Source: Marsupella aquatica (taxonomy: Eukaryota; Plantae; Marchantiophyta). From it: a DNA stretch of 64,000 bases. The DNA lies in the NCBI GenBank assembly GCA_973895155.1, contig OZ316891.1, positions 8,743,875-8,807,874 of the forward strand, read 5' to 3'. This document shows, piece by piece, positions 20,101 to 34,794 of the stretch (positions within the stretch are counted from its first letter, which is position 1; each line of letters starts with the position of its first letter). The notes under the pieces were generated by a model, which saw only the letters and a list, made by a program, of their open reading frames with translations, did no database searches and was not told where the DNA came from. The translations under genes and the position numbers were made by a program.

Positions 20101-23080
20101 ACCACTTCCACTATAGTTCAAATAACCGCCATTGGCCATAGATAAGGGGAAAATGTCCAATACTTCTCTCTTTTCCACATTCCACTCATTCCTCTCCTCT
20201 ATAGTGCCAAGTCTTTGCTCCACAATTTCAGGGAAAGTGTACTATTTTTTATGAAACCAGGTGGATTCAAGTTTTGTCATGGCTAGTGGTGGCTTAAGGG
20301 AACCCCTAACAAACTTTGTCTTTCAAAAGTCACCTGACAGATCCTCACTGAGTACAATGCACGAACCATGTGGATTCCATGGAATAACACAACCAAAGTT
20401 GTATATGTCCCTCTGGTTTGGAACATGGCACTTACCAAGTATTAGATCAGTCAATTCTGACAGGACAGGGCATCAAACATCTCTACTTTGTTCAAAAATC
20501 TCATTGTCCATCCACTTGTCTAGCAACTCAATGTCCAAGGCAACTACCACCTCCCGCTCGATGATATTGTTCAGAAACCAAATCACACAAAATGTGCATT
20601 GATGGACAGAGCATCTCAAGGCATTTCTGATGCTGATGAGCCATCCCCCACAACATTTTCATGAGGCAAGGAAAGAGAACGATCAATGCAAGTGACCAAA
20701 TTCTTGCAATGTGCACACAGGGAAACCTAGTTGCAAGAATTTAAGACATATTGGCTTTCTGTCTTTGTCTTTGTTTTTGAGTTGTTCAATAGATACGGGC
20801 AAAATGTGCAATGGACAATAAAAGAGAATTTCCACCTATGCCCGCCTTGCCACCATTGCCCAGGAACTCCATTCTAAGGAGTCATCCCCCTAAATTCTCC
20901 CAAAGCCTCTCCGCTAAATCCACTCTAAGCCTTAGTGTTGAGCCTGCCTCTCCAATTAAAGCTTGGCCACCTCTGTTCCCTATCTTGTACATGATAAACT
21001 AACAAAAGAAATGAATCTTGCAAAATCTTGCTACTACTTCAAAGCCCCTTGGCAAACCCAACACTTGGGGTTCTCAATATATGGGGGCCTCCCCATCACC
21101 TGCGATTTTTTTAGGTTTCGGACCCCCTAAAATGTAAGAAAAAATATTATTTTTTACCTCTATGCAATTGGAATATTCCAAATTTTGATTAAAATGACTC
21201 TAATGGACTTACAAGTCTCAAAATTGGATTTAAAAGACCCTAATGTTCTCTTGAGAAAATTCTTAAGTCTTCCCCCTTATAACCAATAAACCAAATATTG
21301 GCCAGTTCAATATTGATTGGAAGTTCTGTTATATTCTCTTAATATACTCTTGTCACAATAATGCCTTATTGCTCAAGATAGTTACTCTAACCATTATTTT
21401 AGAGTTGAGGAACAAAAGATAAAAATGTAAGTTACATTTAGGTTTTGAGGACCTTATCTCATTTTATGGTTAATGAAACTATGTGTAGGCTAAGGGCTTC
21501 ACAGTTTACTCTTAGCGCCTCAAGTAGGTTGTTTAATGGGGTCAAAAACAATATGAACTCAATTATCCTCAAGAATATTTGTATCTTGATGATAGACAAT
21601 GAAAACCCCAAGAAAGGGGGAAGCAAGCAGCACAATGACCCATCAACCAAGGAACAATTTCCAAGAGGAAAACTAGGGGGAAGATCTTGATTCTTATAGA
21701 GTATTGCTCTTGTTACTCCCCCCTTTACTCCATTGTAGTAATTTTGCCATTGCAAAGCTAAAAGAGATTTTAACTTGCAAAAGCATTGTCATGGGAATTG
21801 TATTTTTCATAAAGTGTTGCGCTTGTTATAAGGAGGGTTTTGACTGATTTTGCTATTGCAAAGCTACCTGAGATTGTAATCTAAGGGAGTATTGTTGAGA
21901 ATTCCTAATTTTCAGAGAGCAATCCTCTTGTTACAAAGACTTCTTTGAGTAATCTTTCCGCCACGAAGCTCCAAGAAATCATGTTTTTCAAAGAGTGTTG
22001 CTCTAGTTACAATAAGGGCTTTGAGTACTTTGCCACTTCGGAGGTACCAAAGATTTCAGATGCATTACTAAATGTAAACCTTAATTCCATTCCATGCAGG
22101 TTTTAATTTCACATTTAGGTGAACTCAATCTCATTCCTGTAACAACAATGTATGTAAATAGACAATGACAACATTTATTATCTTACTAAATTCTCTAATG
22201 ATTATGTGTAAAGTGAGCAGCCTCCCTGTCACAGTCCATGGGGATGACTCTAGACAACTTACATCCATCCAGGCTGTAGTTTCTAATGCACTATAGTTTG
22301 CTAATTAAATAAAGGCAGATGTCTTCATGATTAGACTTGTAACATTCTTAAAGATAAGAACATGTTTTATGGAATTTATGAAGCATCACATACATGAAAC
22401 ACGAGAGATATGCTTAGTAGACCCCCTTCTGGAAAATTTTTGCCTAATCAACCCCCTCGATACTTTTCCCCAATCTGGACCGTTGATGGACCTTTCGATC
22501 TCAGATCTGGACCGTTGATAGACCTCAGGGGGTCGATCAAGTAACAAGTTTCATTTTGGGGGTTGATGAAGCAAATACCTCCATAAAACACTCTCAAAGA
22601 GTACCATACCAATAGAATGGATCCCAAAGGTGGGAACACCAAAGCCCGCACCAAAGAGCCAAAGCCCTCAACTTCCCAAATTAAAGATTTACCAACTGAA
22701 GCAACAAATTGAAAATCCTGGTTATTAAAAGTCTAGAGTGGACCGCACTTGAAGAGGATCTGACTAGTAGAGACCCTAAAACCAACTGCCTCTGCCTGCC
22801 AAAGGATACTGACCACATAGCAAGGCACTAAGTGCATGGAAGCACATTAAAAAAATACTTAAATTGGTCAGTGAACTGAATTTAGTTTCTTACTCTTACC
22901 AGCCTGAGTGCCCAAGCTTTGCTCCTAAATAGATGGTGAGTACCATCTTGCCCATTTCCAGTTCCATCCCCTTAGTTGTGCCCTAGAGTCACAGCTACAG
23001 GCTTCACGTACTCTAAACTGTAGGCTCTTATTCTAGCTTTTGATCTTGCTTTATTAGATAGATTCTCAACTTCATCAGTA

Positions 23081-25687
23081 TTAGGGCTTGGTATTGCCTA
23101 CACTTAGTACTTTTCCAAATATGTCTGTGTCAATGTGGTCTTTGTCTTGCTCTTTCTGTGGCTCTTCTCCCACATCCTTACCATTCCGCGGTATTTCCAC
23201 TTTTGCATCATTTGGATGGAGAAATTTAAGTTTTGCTCCAGGTTGAGGTGGAGGATATGAAGTATCACAAATCCTATCAGATTTCCCCCAATATACCCAG
23301 TCTAATCCTTCTGTTCCATGCTCTACCATGTACATCTCCACTGACCCCCATACTTTATTCTTTCGAGGCCACTTCCATTCCTCGACAGGGGTTTTCTCAT
23401 CTTCCAATCTTCTGCCTACCAGAGGACGAAGTACTATGGTACCCAAAGTGGGTTCATTGTTCCAATTGATCGGCACTACTGGAGATTCTAAGTCTTTATC
23501 CTTAAGAACTTGTTCAAGGTCGTCTGGTACTTGAACTGCTTTGTCGGCCTTGATTAAAGCCTCATTTGAATATGATTCATCTAGTTGTACCACTTCCTTA
23601 CCTTTTCCTACCTTACCTTTTTTCCCAACTGAGTTGACTTGAACTAAGCCATCCTCTTTCTTTGAAGAGTCGGCATTCTTTGCTTTTCCCTCTTTATCAT
23701 CACCTTTTCCATTCCCAACCTTGGTCACTGCTGCTTTGTTATCTTTGTCATTGTCCCCCTTATTCTTAGAGATTTGGCTGTCTGTGATCAATGATCAAGA
23801 AGACTGAATTTCATGATAAAACATAGGTTTGAGATTCATTTTGAGAACAAGATCTGGTAGACTTTTAGTGAATAAGATGTCTTTCCCCTGTTGGCTAAAA
23901 TTTACCTGCTCGATAATTGCTAACACAAGATCATTTGATAAATACATTGCAAGTGTACGTATGCTAAGAATCGTCCAATGAATTGTTGAACAAGCATTAC
24001 GAGATCCACAAAACTTTGAAAGGTACATGGCACCACAAGTGTACACCCCACTTTTCCTATTCACATCTCCAGAGGAAGTGAATAGAAAACAGCAAACCAT
24101 AGTCAAACTCAAGTTGGAGTGGTTTGGCTTACTTCTTTTCTTGCCTATGTCAGAATCTGAAGCTTTCTCTTCCTGAGCAAGATCACCAGTACCTTCTATA
24201 GGGCTTGGGATAGGTGGACAAATAGGCACATACCACTCCACCATAGAGCGCCACTTGTTCTTCCTATGGTTAAATTTCTTGAACCAAACTCCTTCAGGTA
24301 TGAGTATTTCACCCAAAGAAGGTGTATGGGTATGCTCTTGCTTCTTGCAATGATTCCCGAGATTGAAATAAGGATGGTAAAAACATCCTAGCCCTGGGCA
24401 GCTAGGATCAGTTACAGGGTCTATACTATCATCTATCAACAACTTAGCTTGGCTCCCCAAGAAAGTCCAAATTAACTTTATTTTAGATTGTTTTTCATCT
24501 TTGGATGCCCTTTCCTTGGTGTCAGGTTCTTGTAACTCCAAATCTCTTTCACTACCTTGACTTTTTTGCAGATCCCTTGACGCAACATAATTTCTTGCTA
24601 AATTTTCTGCTTTTAAGTTGACCTTACTTTCGGCATCTATCAAGGGCTCAAGCAGTTTATCTGTGTTGGTTTCCATACCCTTCAGACTGCTCATTTTCTG
24701 AGGATTGTCAAGTATTGGAACTGGAATTTGTTTCACGGTTCCATTACCATTTGGATTTACAGCCTTTTCTGATTTCCTTCTTGAATTGCTGCTTTCATTT
24801 GGATTTATGTTTTTTGCCAAGGAGAACTCATAATTGGTGTTAGTTTCAAATACTTGCTTCAATTCTGCCTCCAGTGCATCTTCGTCCAATGATTTGTCCT
24901 CCTTCAAGATCTCAAAGCCACTACAACGGTAAAGTTCCACCCTCTCATGAGGTTTGTATGTCACTGGATCAAGTTGGGGAGGATCAGCAATCTTTTTGGG
25001 CTTAGGTTGCGTTTTACCCCCGGGTTTACCTTTCTTAGTTTGTTTGTTACCTTCCATTGGCTGCTCTTCATTGTCTAAATCAACTTCAGTGTCTCCTTCT
25101 ACATAACAACCGATGCGCAATATCAAGTCTCCCTGTTCAAACTTGAACTTCTTGTCCCCATCATGGCAAATGCAAAATCCACCACCAATCCTTTTGCTCT
25201 TCCACCATAACTCCTCAGGAGATGGCTTAGGATCTAATCCCAATCCTCTTGGGTGAACTATTAAGATGTCACCCCTGGCTGGTGTAAAATATGGATCCAC
25301 ATCTCCAGGGTATATGAGATTGGGATCTTTATCAGGGGGAGTAGGAGGCCTAAGACGAGGTGGCCAATAATAATTTATCTTAAGACAATTATCGCAAAGT
25401 TTGTCACAACGGATCTCATCAGGGTGCCATTTTAAAGGCCTTCGAATCAAGCCATCCTCCTCACTTTTCTTTTCCTTTCCAATGTCAGGAAAATCTGGCA
25501 GGATGCTATCTGTCCCCTTGGATTCCATTGGAGGAGACGAAGGAGCACCTAGTATAGGCTTCAATAAATCTTGATCATCCTTCTTCTTTGGCGACATTTT
25601 CCCATCTCCTTTGGAAGATTTTGCAGTTTCATTTTTTGCAGTTTTGTTGTTTTTCCTATTTTCTCTGGCTCCTTTTGTATCAGCCAT
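23081..25687 (-). CDS. Two-exon gene for an unknown Lys/Asp/Glu-rich protein, about 751 aa (exons 25687-24133 and 23781-23081)
   Basis: Long biased ORFs. A GTAAGC donor at 24132 and a CACAG acceptor ending 23782 splice in frame (phase 1) and remove the stop at 23795 plus an atypical hydrophobic stretch. Confidence 0.7.
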
Positions 25688-28600
25688 ACTCAACACCCAA
25701 TAGCAACGTGGTGATAATAATGAAATGAATCTCAGCAACAGAGATTGAACAACGTGATTAGCTAGACTTCTCTGAAAGAGCCAATCTGATCAGCACAAGA
25801 AAATGACATCTTTGTAAACTAAGCTTATGATTCATAAAAGCAAACTTCTGGCAAATAGTTGGTATCAACTAAAAATTGCCAATCATGCATTAATTTTTGT
25901 GCGAAGGGAACATTTTCCTGATTCAGGATGCCAAGGAGTCCTTCTGGTATAACTTGGTATCCTCGGTGTACACCTGGACAGTGATTATGATGTGAGTAAA
26001 TAATGTCTCAAAAAGGTCAGTTGCATGGATTGGTACTGTTAATATTTGTTAAAAGTCTGACACTATAGTATGCTAAAGCAAGATCAAGTTAAAACAATTT
26101 CCTCTGCATGACATGCAAAACCATACATGACACAGGACATAACGTACACATCTATAGATAATGCGACGGGTCATGGGACCAAAAGAAAGGACAAAATTGT
26201 GAGATTTAAAGGAACAGGGTGCCCAATGTTTGTTAAGAAACCAATGGACATTCTCCTCGGATGTAAATAACTATGGACTTGCAATTAAGTCCTACTTGGT
26301 AGATCATAGCAAGAATTGTATAGTTTCATGTTCAGTATATAGCAGCAAAAACGAGTGTAAAACTCTTGGATAAACAGCATTTTCTTTTTTGCAAAAGGAG
26401 AAGGAAAACTCTGCCCTAACAAATTGGCCAAGGAGAGGCAATTGGATGGATATTATGTTGAAATAGATCCAGCTCAATTCATGAGAAAGAAAATGCATGC
26501 AGACCCAAAAGAAACAGCTGTCAGAGGAAGCAAGCCCCATCAGTAGATCATTCTAGAAAGCATTGTAAGGGCCACCCAATGCTTTGTCAAAGGCATCGAG
26601 GTTGATTTACCAAGGAGTTGGCAATTTGTACGTTCCTGGAAGTATACTGTCTGTCTCTGATGATTTTTGAATGCCAAGTTTTGGAGTTTGATTGGAACCT
26701 GCACATTTGGATCTTTTTTATTACTAGTTAGAAGTTGTCAACAAGATGACCCTGTATTAGCTATTGCTGGCAACTACATCAACAATCTATGAATGGAATT
26801 GAACACAATCTTAGAATTATTTCATGAGCAAAAAGTAGGGCAACAATATTGGCAATACATGGCCACACTATGTTGTTTTTAGAGGGGAACCACATTTGTT
26901 GTAAGAGTAATTGGTATTAACAGCAGTTATCAAGCCCTGAGGATTTCCTGTATCATCATGGTTCATAGTGTTTGCTTGAATGAACTCTCCTGCAAATGTG
27001 CTGGAAAATGCTGTGTCATGATTTTGTTAAGGGCCATGGTTACCATGAATTATTCTGAACAATCAGGATACGAGGGGAAGCCCATTAGGAGGAAAACTCT
27101 AAGGGAGATGTCCAAGTCTTACTCTTACTCTTACGTTTGAGTGTGGTTGGCTTTATCTCTGATGATTTACTTAGGTCTCAGTTGTGGCCATGCGGTTAGG
27201 GTTCACAAGTTTGCTCAGGAGACACATTTCACCATCCCTTGTAGCCTGTACACCCCTTCAATCTATTTGGTATCAATATAGTCATGCCTTCAGGATTTCT
27301 AACAAATATGTGATATTAAAGGTCCACGTTTTTCAGGAAACAGAGAGACTGATTAATTTCACATTTGTCTTTATTAAGAAATTGGAATTGCCGATCAGCT
27401 TCTATCAACAGCTATAAAGACTTCGGCGGGGCCCTAGACTGAGGGATTTCATGTGGCATGATGGTTCCTTAAGAGTGTTTGTTTGAATGATGCTTTGGCT
27501 AATGCTGCCTCATGGTTATGTAAGGGGCATGGTTACCATAAATATTGGGTATGGCTTCAACATGTTTAGAGAAGATTTATCATGGACTTACTCTTCTGAT
27601 GAACATTCTTCACCTTGATAACATACAATCAGGATAAGTCTATCAGGGGGATGAGTCCAACTGGAGGACCAAAACTTACTCTTTTGCTGAGTGTGATTAG
27701 CTTTATTGCTAACGATGTACTTAGACCTCATGCTGTAAGGGTTACTTAAGTTCCTTGTAGCATTTACACACCTGCAATCCATTTGCATCAATACTGCCAT
27801 GACTTCAGGTCAATTGGTTAACTGCAACATCTGAGGCTCAGCACATCCTTTCATGTCACGCACTATGCCTGCCAGGGTACTACCAACAAGCCTGATTTTA
27901 TATAGTGTTGTATACACCTAATTTAACTTCTTATGCTGTATAAAACTTTGGTCAAAGTACTTTGAAAATATTTATTTCGGATTGCCTGTGATGCCTATGG
28001 TTTTTTGGGGGTCGATCCCCTAGGACTGAACCTCAAAAAATTATTGAAATATAGCATCGCTTCATCTGAAAGATATTAATAATTTTGGCATCTAGTGTTT
28101 CTTGGTATATCTGTCACAATATTTGTTCATGCATGATATCAAGTCACACTGAATGTACATTGAGCATCTTTACTATCAATCCAACAATCAACTAGGGCAT
28201 AGGTGATTTGAACCGTTGAGATCAGTTCAAGAATTAACATTTTAATAGTAAGGTCTTAATTTGGTGCCTTCTGGGGGCCATCTGCCCCTGGGGTAAGATT
28301 GATCTCTGTTGTTGCCCCAGCGGCCAGAGGTATTGTGTGCTGAGAGTAAACAAGAATTTCTGTTAGCAAGAAGAGTATTGCTAGCAAGGCACATTAGTGA
28401 TTCTTTCTGCCTTTTGATTTTTGTTGATTTATGTATTTCTAGTGCACGTCTAAGACTCCATATGGCTAGCCAAATAGAGGAGTTCCAAGATTGAGTTTCA
28501 CTAGAAAATGGCGCAAAAGTTACAAACCAGGTCTTGGCTAACTGGAGACTGAGTTTGCTAGCAAAGCTCTATAATATAACCTTTAGGGTTATTCTCTCCT

Positions 28601-28796
28601 AAGTATGAGGAAAAAGTAGGATGTTGTGAAGAATTTCTCTCTCTTACTGGGAACTAACCCAAATACATGTTCTTTGAACATGATAGACATGATGACAAAA
28701 AAGTGCATCCCATGCATTCCCCAAGTGTCACTCCATCACGCAGCTCCATAGCAAACTATTTTCTAATGTCTTGGTTTGAATGATGATACCAACAAG

Positions 28797-28954
28797 TTGC
28801 CCATTCAACTACTTGCATTCAATCCATCTAGTTCACAGCACCACTCAGCTCCATTGTCAAGTCCCAGCAGCAGCTACTTGTCAATGTCCTTGTTTGAATG
28901 TCAATTGGACCCGTTGCCCATTCAGCTACTTGCATTTAATCCATCTAGTTCACA
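28797..28954. repeat. Direct repeat pair of about 40 bp
   Basis: TTGCCCATTCA.CTACTTGCATT.AATCCATCTAGTTCACA at about 28797 and 28914. Confidence 0.75.
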
Positions 28955-29173
28955 TACTTGCATTTAGTCTTTAGTCACTGTGCATATACACCCATTTTTT
29001 CCACCCCACCCCAATTTTTGTGCACTCACCCCACCTCCCCCTTGTCATTTCCCACCCACACCCCAATTATTGGTTAGGTCCCAAGAGTAGGGTCTAGAAG
29101 CTTCACCCTAGACCATAATTTATGTATAGACTGCAGGTTATTGATATGTTATCGATGTGTAAACCTCTGTGCA

Positions 29174-29291
29174 GGTACTTGTTATTCCATAATCTCTTAC
29201 CCAGAAATAACCTGGCTTACAGAACACTAATTGGTACTTGTTATTCCATAATCTCTTACCCAGAAATAACCTGGCTTATAGAACACTAATT
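29174..29291. repeat. 59-bp tandem duplication
   Basis: GGTACTTGTTATTCC...GAACACTAATT starting at 29174 and 29233. Confidence 0.9.
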
Positions 29292-30599
29292 AACCTGTGG
29301 ACCCAATGTTCATCCAAGGAATGTGTATGATTGAAATGAAATAGGTTTTTTGGAGCAAATGAAACCAAGAAGGTTTCATATGTCCTTTGCTGGTGATGAG
29401 AATCACTTGTAATTTCAATCGGTAAGAGTTACACTGGTCCTACTTTTCTCTAAGTGCTCACTGAACTCTGTGTATAGTTCCACATACCATCTTTGCATTA
29501 CGGGGTGTGTGAAATGCTGACTGAGGATAATTTCAGTAAGCATCTAGAATGGAATCCACTTCACTTCCCCTGCCATACCTCAATTCTCACGCCATACACA
29601 GTGACCAATAGTGACCAATGGTTGGGTACATGCAAACAAACGCATTTGTGCAAACAGTTTTGATCTTACCAAAGGACAGGCTTAGAATTGCTCATCCTCT
29701 TCGATAATGTAAACGACAAAATGAAAAGTTGGCATGCAATGCAATCCACATGGAATTCAATACAACAATTGCATTTGAGACGGGTTTTGAAATGAAGCAA
29801 TCTATGAAGGGCCGCTAATGATCACAAATGGGGTCTGCCAAGTCACGAGGCGGTTGGGGCTGCTGGAGTATGGCAAGGTCCATTAGAAACACTGTGGCTC
29901 CTGTTAGTATGCATATGCATATGGCCAACGTCAGTGCTAGGAACTCCTCATGCTCAAAAACTCCAGCATCGGCCTATCAGTGGGAGTGTTGCGTCCTCAA
30001 TTTCTGTGACGGAGGAATAGGGTAATGACAGTTTGGTCTCTGGTATTAATGTGTAATCTGTGACCAGAAAGTGAAGAAATGCTGATCAGCAACAGCAGGG
30101 AAGTTTTTCTGAGCTTTGTGTGTGGGAATAGGGTTCAGACTAGAACCCCAGTCCAAACCCTCATTATCATACTTAATACCTGCCTCGAAAAAGATTACAG
30201 GGCAAGACTTTCTGGGTACAGGGCTATGGAAATGGTGGCACCTAGATGGCACCTAGAGTAGTAGAAAAGGTTACGCACCAGGAACCAACCTTTCTTCCTG
30301 AAAAGGAATTCCTTGAATACTAAATCTGCTGAGCCCCATCTCCAAAAGAAGGGATACAAAGTATGGGGTATGCCAGGTGTTTGAGAGACTGTGAGCAACC
30401 ATGGCTCCTGTGCCCATGCCTACGCCTGACCTAGAGTGGCAAACATTGCTGCTAGGAACCCTAGTCAAGTGACTCATTCTCGACAACTCTGGCATGTCGG
30501 ATGCGCCCTAGGAGTGTTGCGTCCTGGAGAGAGACAAAGTGGCATCGACACTATGTAAAGTACACTACCAGGTTCGGGTCATTGTAGCCTGCGAGTAAA

Positions 30600-30845
30600 C
30601 GGTAAAATTTTTCCTCACATGACCCCTAATTTTTCTACATCCAACTGCCTTGCTAAAAGTAACCTGGTTGATGACATCTATTTTGGGGACTCCTCTCTTT
30701 GCTAGAGATCTCGCTAGCCATCTGGAGTCTAAGAAAACCAAAAAATATAAAAGGCAGCAAAAAGCAAAAAAAAGTGTCTCCCTAACAACACTCCCCTCGC
30801 TACAAAATTCCTGTTTGCTCTCGCATTATAGAATACCTCGTACAG
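30600..30845 (+). repeat. Dispersed repeat, related copy at about 33695-33960
   Basis: Shared blocks CTCACATGAC.CCTAATTTT, TCCAACTGCCTTGCTAA, GCTAGCCATCT and AAAATTCCTGTTT. Confidence 0.75.
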
Positions 30846-30971
30846 TAATTAGCTCAGGTGGCAAGCATCTACCTAGAATTACATGTTGCAGATCATAAAC
30901 AGTGACTCCCAATTGAAGGCCTGGAACAGATTGAACACCATATCCCGGAGCGCTCAAACCAGTCACACTGG

Positions 30972-31187
30972 CTAGCCCTGGCTCGGAGCTCGAGCAACTT
31001 TTCCCTCTCGGTTCTTGAAAATACGCACCCTTCCGAGGTTATGGTCTGCGGTCAAGAAGGATCCTTCCGGCACAATGTGCACCTGCATGTTAGGGAGCTC
31101 CTCCAGAATCTTCGTCTTCGCCTCCTCCACGTTCAACCCAACCAGATCCGGCCAGGACTTACTCGATGGGTGCCTCGCCGCTGCCAT
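30972..31187 (-). CDS. Potato inhibitor I family serine protease inhibitor, about 71 aa (an N-terminal extension via an upstream exon is possible)
   Basis: KSWPDLVG..VEEAK..I, reactive loop GSFLTADHNLGRVRIF and C-terminal P..G match the family signature. Confidence 0.9.
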   Translation of the reverse strand: MAAARHPSSKSWPDLVGLNVEEAKTKILEELPNMQVHIVPEGSFLTADHNLGRVRIFKNREGKVARAPSQG

Positions 31188-34100
31188 CTTCCTCCACTTG
31201 TTTACCACCCCCTGATCTTCTCCCACGTCCGGCAATTCCGCGTGCCTTGCTATGGGTGCTGCTTCTTCTCTCGTAGTCTCCTGCTGCTCATTCGAGCTAG
31301 ACCTGCACGGGCAAAAGTATCGACTTCGTCATCCTCAGTGGGACGCACGGCATCCACAAATCCACAAATGTACATAATAACCGAGCTTCAGGCAGGAGGA
31401 TCACGTCTAAACACCGTCGTACACCTCTAATTGCTGACAATTTCCAGGACGTGTTGCGACCCAATGCAAAGAGCCTTGATAACGATTATTACCCACGGTT
31501 GTCAGAATCAAAACCTACAAAGGTAAGGACTTCTCCCTTTCAGCAAGTAAGCTGGCGAATACCTCCAAGCACACTCCCGGCAGACTCGAAACTATTTGAC
31601 CGTATCAGGTGGAACAACAGGATCTAACTTGCAGAGCATAGACCAAACTTGAAGGCCCTATCATTGGAATCGTGAGCTTGTCGAGTGTCAGTTCAAGCCC
31701 TGTACTGCCAATGCAGCTGCTTCCTCAACACCACAAACCCTGTCTCGGTTTATCAGGGATGTGATACCGTGTCCTCATGCGATCTTAACGGCGGTCCGTA
31801 ATTAATGCCAAAATTCCACCCAAACTCCCTGATAAAATACCAGGGAGTTGCCTGATAAACTCCCTGATAAACGACCCCCATTTAAAGGAGATCATTCTTC
31901 GTCTGCACTTCCTTGTCCAAAGCAGCAAGGCAGATTCAGCGCGCCTCCACTTCAACCATTCTGTTGCGATTTGATGTTCGGTAGCAATTCGCATGAGGAC
32001 ACGGTATCACATTTTATGCGGGCTGCATTCTAGGTTTTCGGCACTGGGAGACGCGGATTCTAATTCGGGTACTGGATCTCGGATGCCAGCTATGTCACTG
32101 GGCAGCAACTCTCTTATGGACTCTCCAGCTCTTCTGTGAGCTGTGCTCTCATATGTGAGGTTGAAATTTGCATATGGTCGGTCCAGCAGGGACGGAATCT
32201 GGTGTCTGGATGTTCCGTGCAAATGGAGGAAACTAGAAAGCAGCGTCTAATTGAACTCTCACACAATCCATACCACGGATTGGGGAAGATTTCGGGCAAG
32301 ATTTCAGGAGAACTCCAGTTTCTTGTCCTAACGAAAGGAGACGATGATCGATCGGGAGAAAAAGGGCTTCAAAATTAGGTCTGTCGGGAGTCATCTCCGG
32401 AATTGGGAGACATGAAGCCGCGAATTTAGGTCTTTGTGGGTCCAGTTCAGAGGTGGGAGAGCTTTCCACAAATCTAAATGAATATTTCGATTGAAAGTTG
32501 CAATTCGCCCTGAAGTCTTGAACTATCCAACCAGTCTCTGAGAGTCTGATTAGTGCAGTGAACGAATGAAACAGATCTAGCGAACCGTTGCCCGTATTCC
32601 GATGGAATTGAGAAAATCGTTCGGACTGTTCCACGAATCTATGCTCTATCCAATCAGTTTCGGAGCTTCTGATGAGTGCAAGGAAATTAAAAAAACAGAT
32701 GTAGCGAAAAGTTGCGGGAATTACCAGGGAGATTGAGAATATCGATTCAAAACAGTTGACGAATCCGAATGGAAGCCAAATTATCGAACTGCATCTTTCT
32801 TCAGCTTGGCCGTAAAACAACCACCAACATCATCAAATCAAGCTTGGCCCTAAACCCTAAACCTGGAGGCAACCACCGACATCATGAAATTTGACATGTC
32901 CAGATCGAACCTCCGATTGAGGCAGTCAATCACGATGTTCCAAATCCTGATAGATCATCGACTCTATCAACAACAAAGCGCGACCAGCGCATTCATTCAC
33001 AACCAGAATCAGAAACGACGATCACGACCACCATCATTTCAGGGTGAGATAGGAACATCCCATCACTAGCCAGGAAACAAAGTGGGTCCGCGTCACACTG
33101 CAGTAGTGGTTCATGTCCATCCTCCGAACCGACCGAGATTTGCAAGGGTCAACACGGCACAAAATCCACAGTTGGCATTCCCAACGCGTGAAGTGGACGC
33201 GAAAACGAAGATCGTGTTACTCGATCATCCAGTGTTGGCATTTCGTCCACTCCTCACGCAAGATTTTCGGGACATGGGCTGTACAGGAAGCTGCCATGTT
33301 CAGTCCATGGAAACTTCCTCGACATATTCGTGACGCTCAGATACGTTAACGAACGAAAAGCATCGAAAGCCTGATCCGGAACGAAACACACAGCATGGCC
33401 CCTCAGTACCTTCCTCGTGATTGCGATGTCGAGCTCGACGACAGAACCAGAGCATTTTAGGAAACTCACTCGCAAGTACAGTACTCTAACGGCAACTTGC
33501 AAAAGCATGGCACCATTTTCGGAAACTCACTCGCAAGTAATGCCAGCTTGGAAAGTATGGCACAGGCCTCCTTGGCAAGGGCTGGCTGCTGGCTAGGCTG
33601 GAAAAGTATGGCACTGGCCTGTTTGGAAAGGGCTGGCAGCTGGCTAGGGTCATTGTGATGTGCGAGGAAACTGTTAAAAATTTACTTGCATGAGCAAAAA
33701 ATTTACTCACATGACACCTAATTTTTCTATCTCCAACTGCCTTGCTAACAAGAACCTGGTACCATATAACATACATTTTTGTGACTCTCTTTTTGCTACC
33801 AAACTTGCTAGCCATCTCCAGTCATAAAAAAACACTAAAAGTATAGAAAGCAGCAAAAAGCGAAAAGAAATCTAAAACCCCTAACACCCCTAGAGTCTTG
33901 CTACCAACACTCTCATCGCCAACAAAATTCCTGTTTCTTGCATTATACAATACCTCACAGCTGGCTATGTTAGTGCTAATTAGGCTCTTGCAAAAAAACA
34001 ATTGAAATAGGCACTTGACAATAAGAGCAACCCTTAGCACTCACGAAATGAAAAGTAGATCTGCTCTGCTGCCATGCAACATGTCAAGCGCACAAGGCCC

Positions 34101-34794
34101 TTTGTGTTCCTCCATTGTAGTTACCCCTGAAGCTTATACATGGCACACTTTGTCGTGTTATGAAGTTTGAGGTCAGGACTTCAAGGGCTAGAAAGTTTCT
34201 GGGCCTTGCCTGTGGAACTCCAAGTTTTTTTACATCACACGCATGGCAGAAGAGGGGGTTCATGCATGTAACTCTTGCTCACTTATTAGTGGGCATGAGT
34301 CAGGTTCAGGATCTCATTCTTCAAAGCCGCTCACATGCAAGTTGGCTCTAAGCTCAACAGTATGCATTGATGTTTTGATAAGCACATGCTTAGTATAATA
34401 CTTCTAATGAAAAGGACATGGTCCATTTTTGAGCCCCCATGATAACAATTGTACAAAAGTTCAGCCAATAATGTTTTTGGCACCCTACGCAAAAATGTGA
34501 TATCCGCAAAAAAAAAAACATTAAGGTGGGATGCAAATAGTGAAGGATTGGCTGTGAAGCCAGTGGACCGGCAGAGTAGGAATGGATTTTGGCTGAACAT
34601 CTAAAAACACTTGGATAACACATTTTGCAGTTTCAAACTAAAATGTGACTTGTAACGGTTTCTTGACTGTCTGTAACATGTTTCATCTACTGTAGTTGGC
34701 CCAGTGACAAGTCACTACAAATGTCCAAACTACTCAGTTCTCTTCACAAAGTGAAACACCCATCTTCTGTTGATTAATAATACTTGACCATTTT

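Noticed and set aside
18200-21050. Possible exons or decayed retroelement on the minus strand
   Set aside because: No motif or consistent splice model could be supported by eye.
23081-25738. Stop-codon readthrough between two in-frame ORFs
   Set aside because: An in-phase GT-AG intron removes the stop more simply.
32848-32863. Telomeric CCCTAAA repeats
   Set aside because: Only two units; at most a telo-box-like motif.
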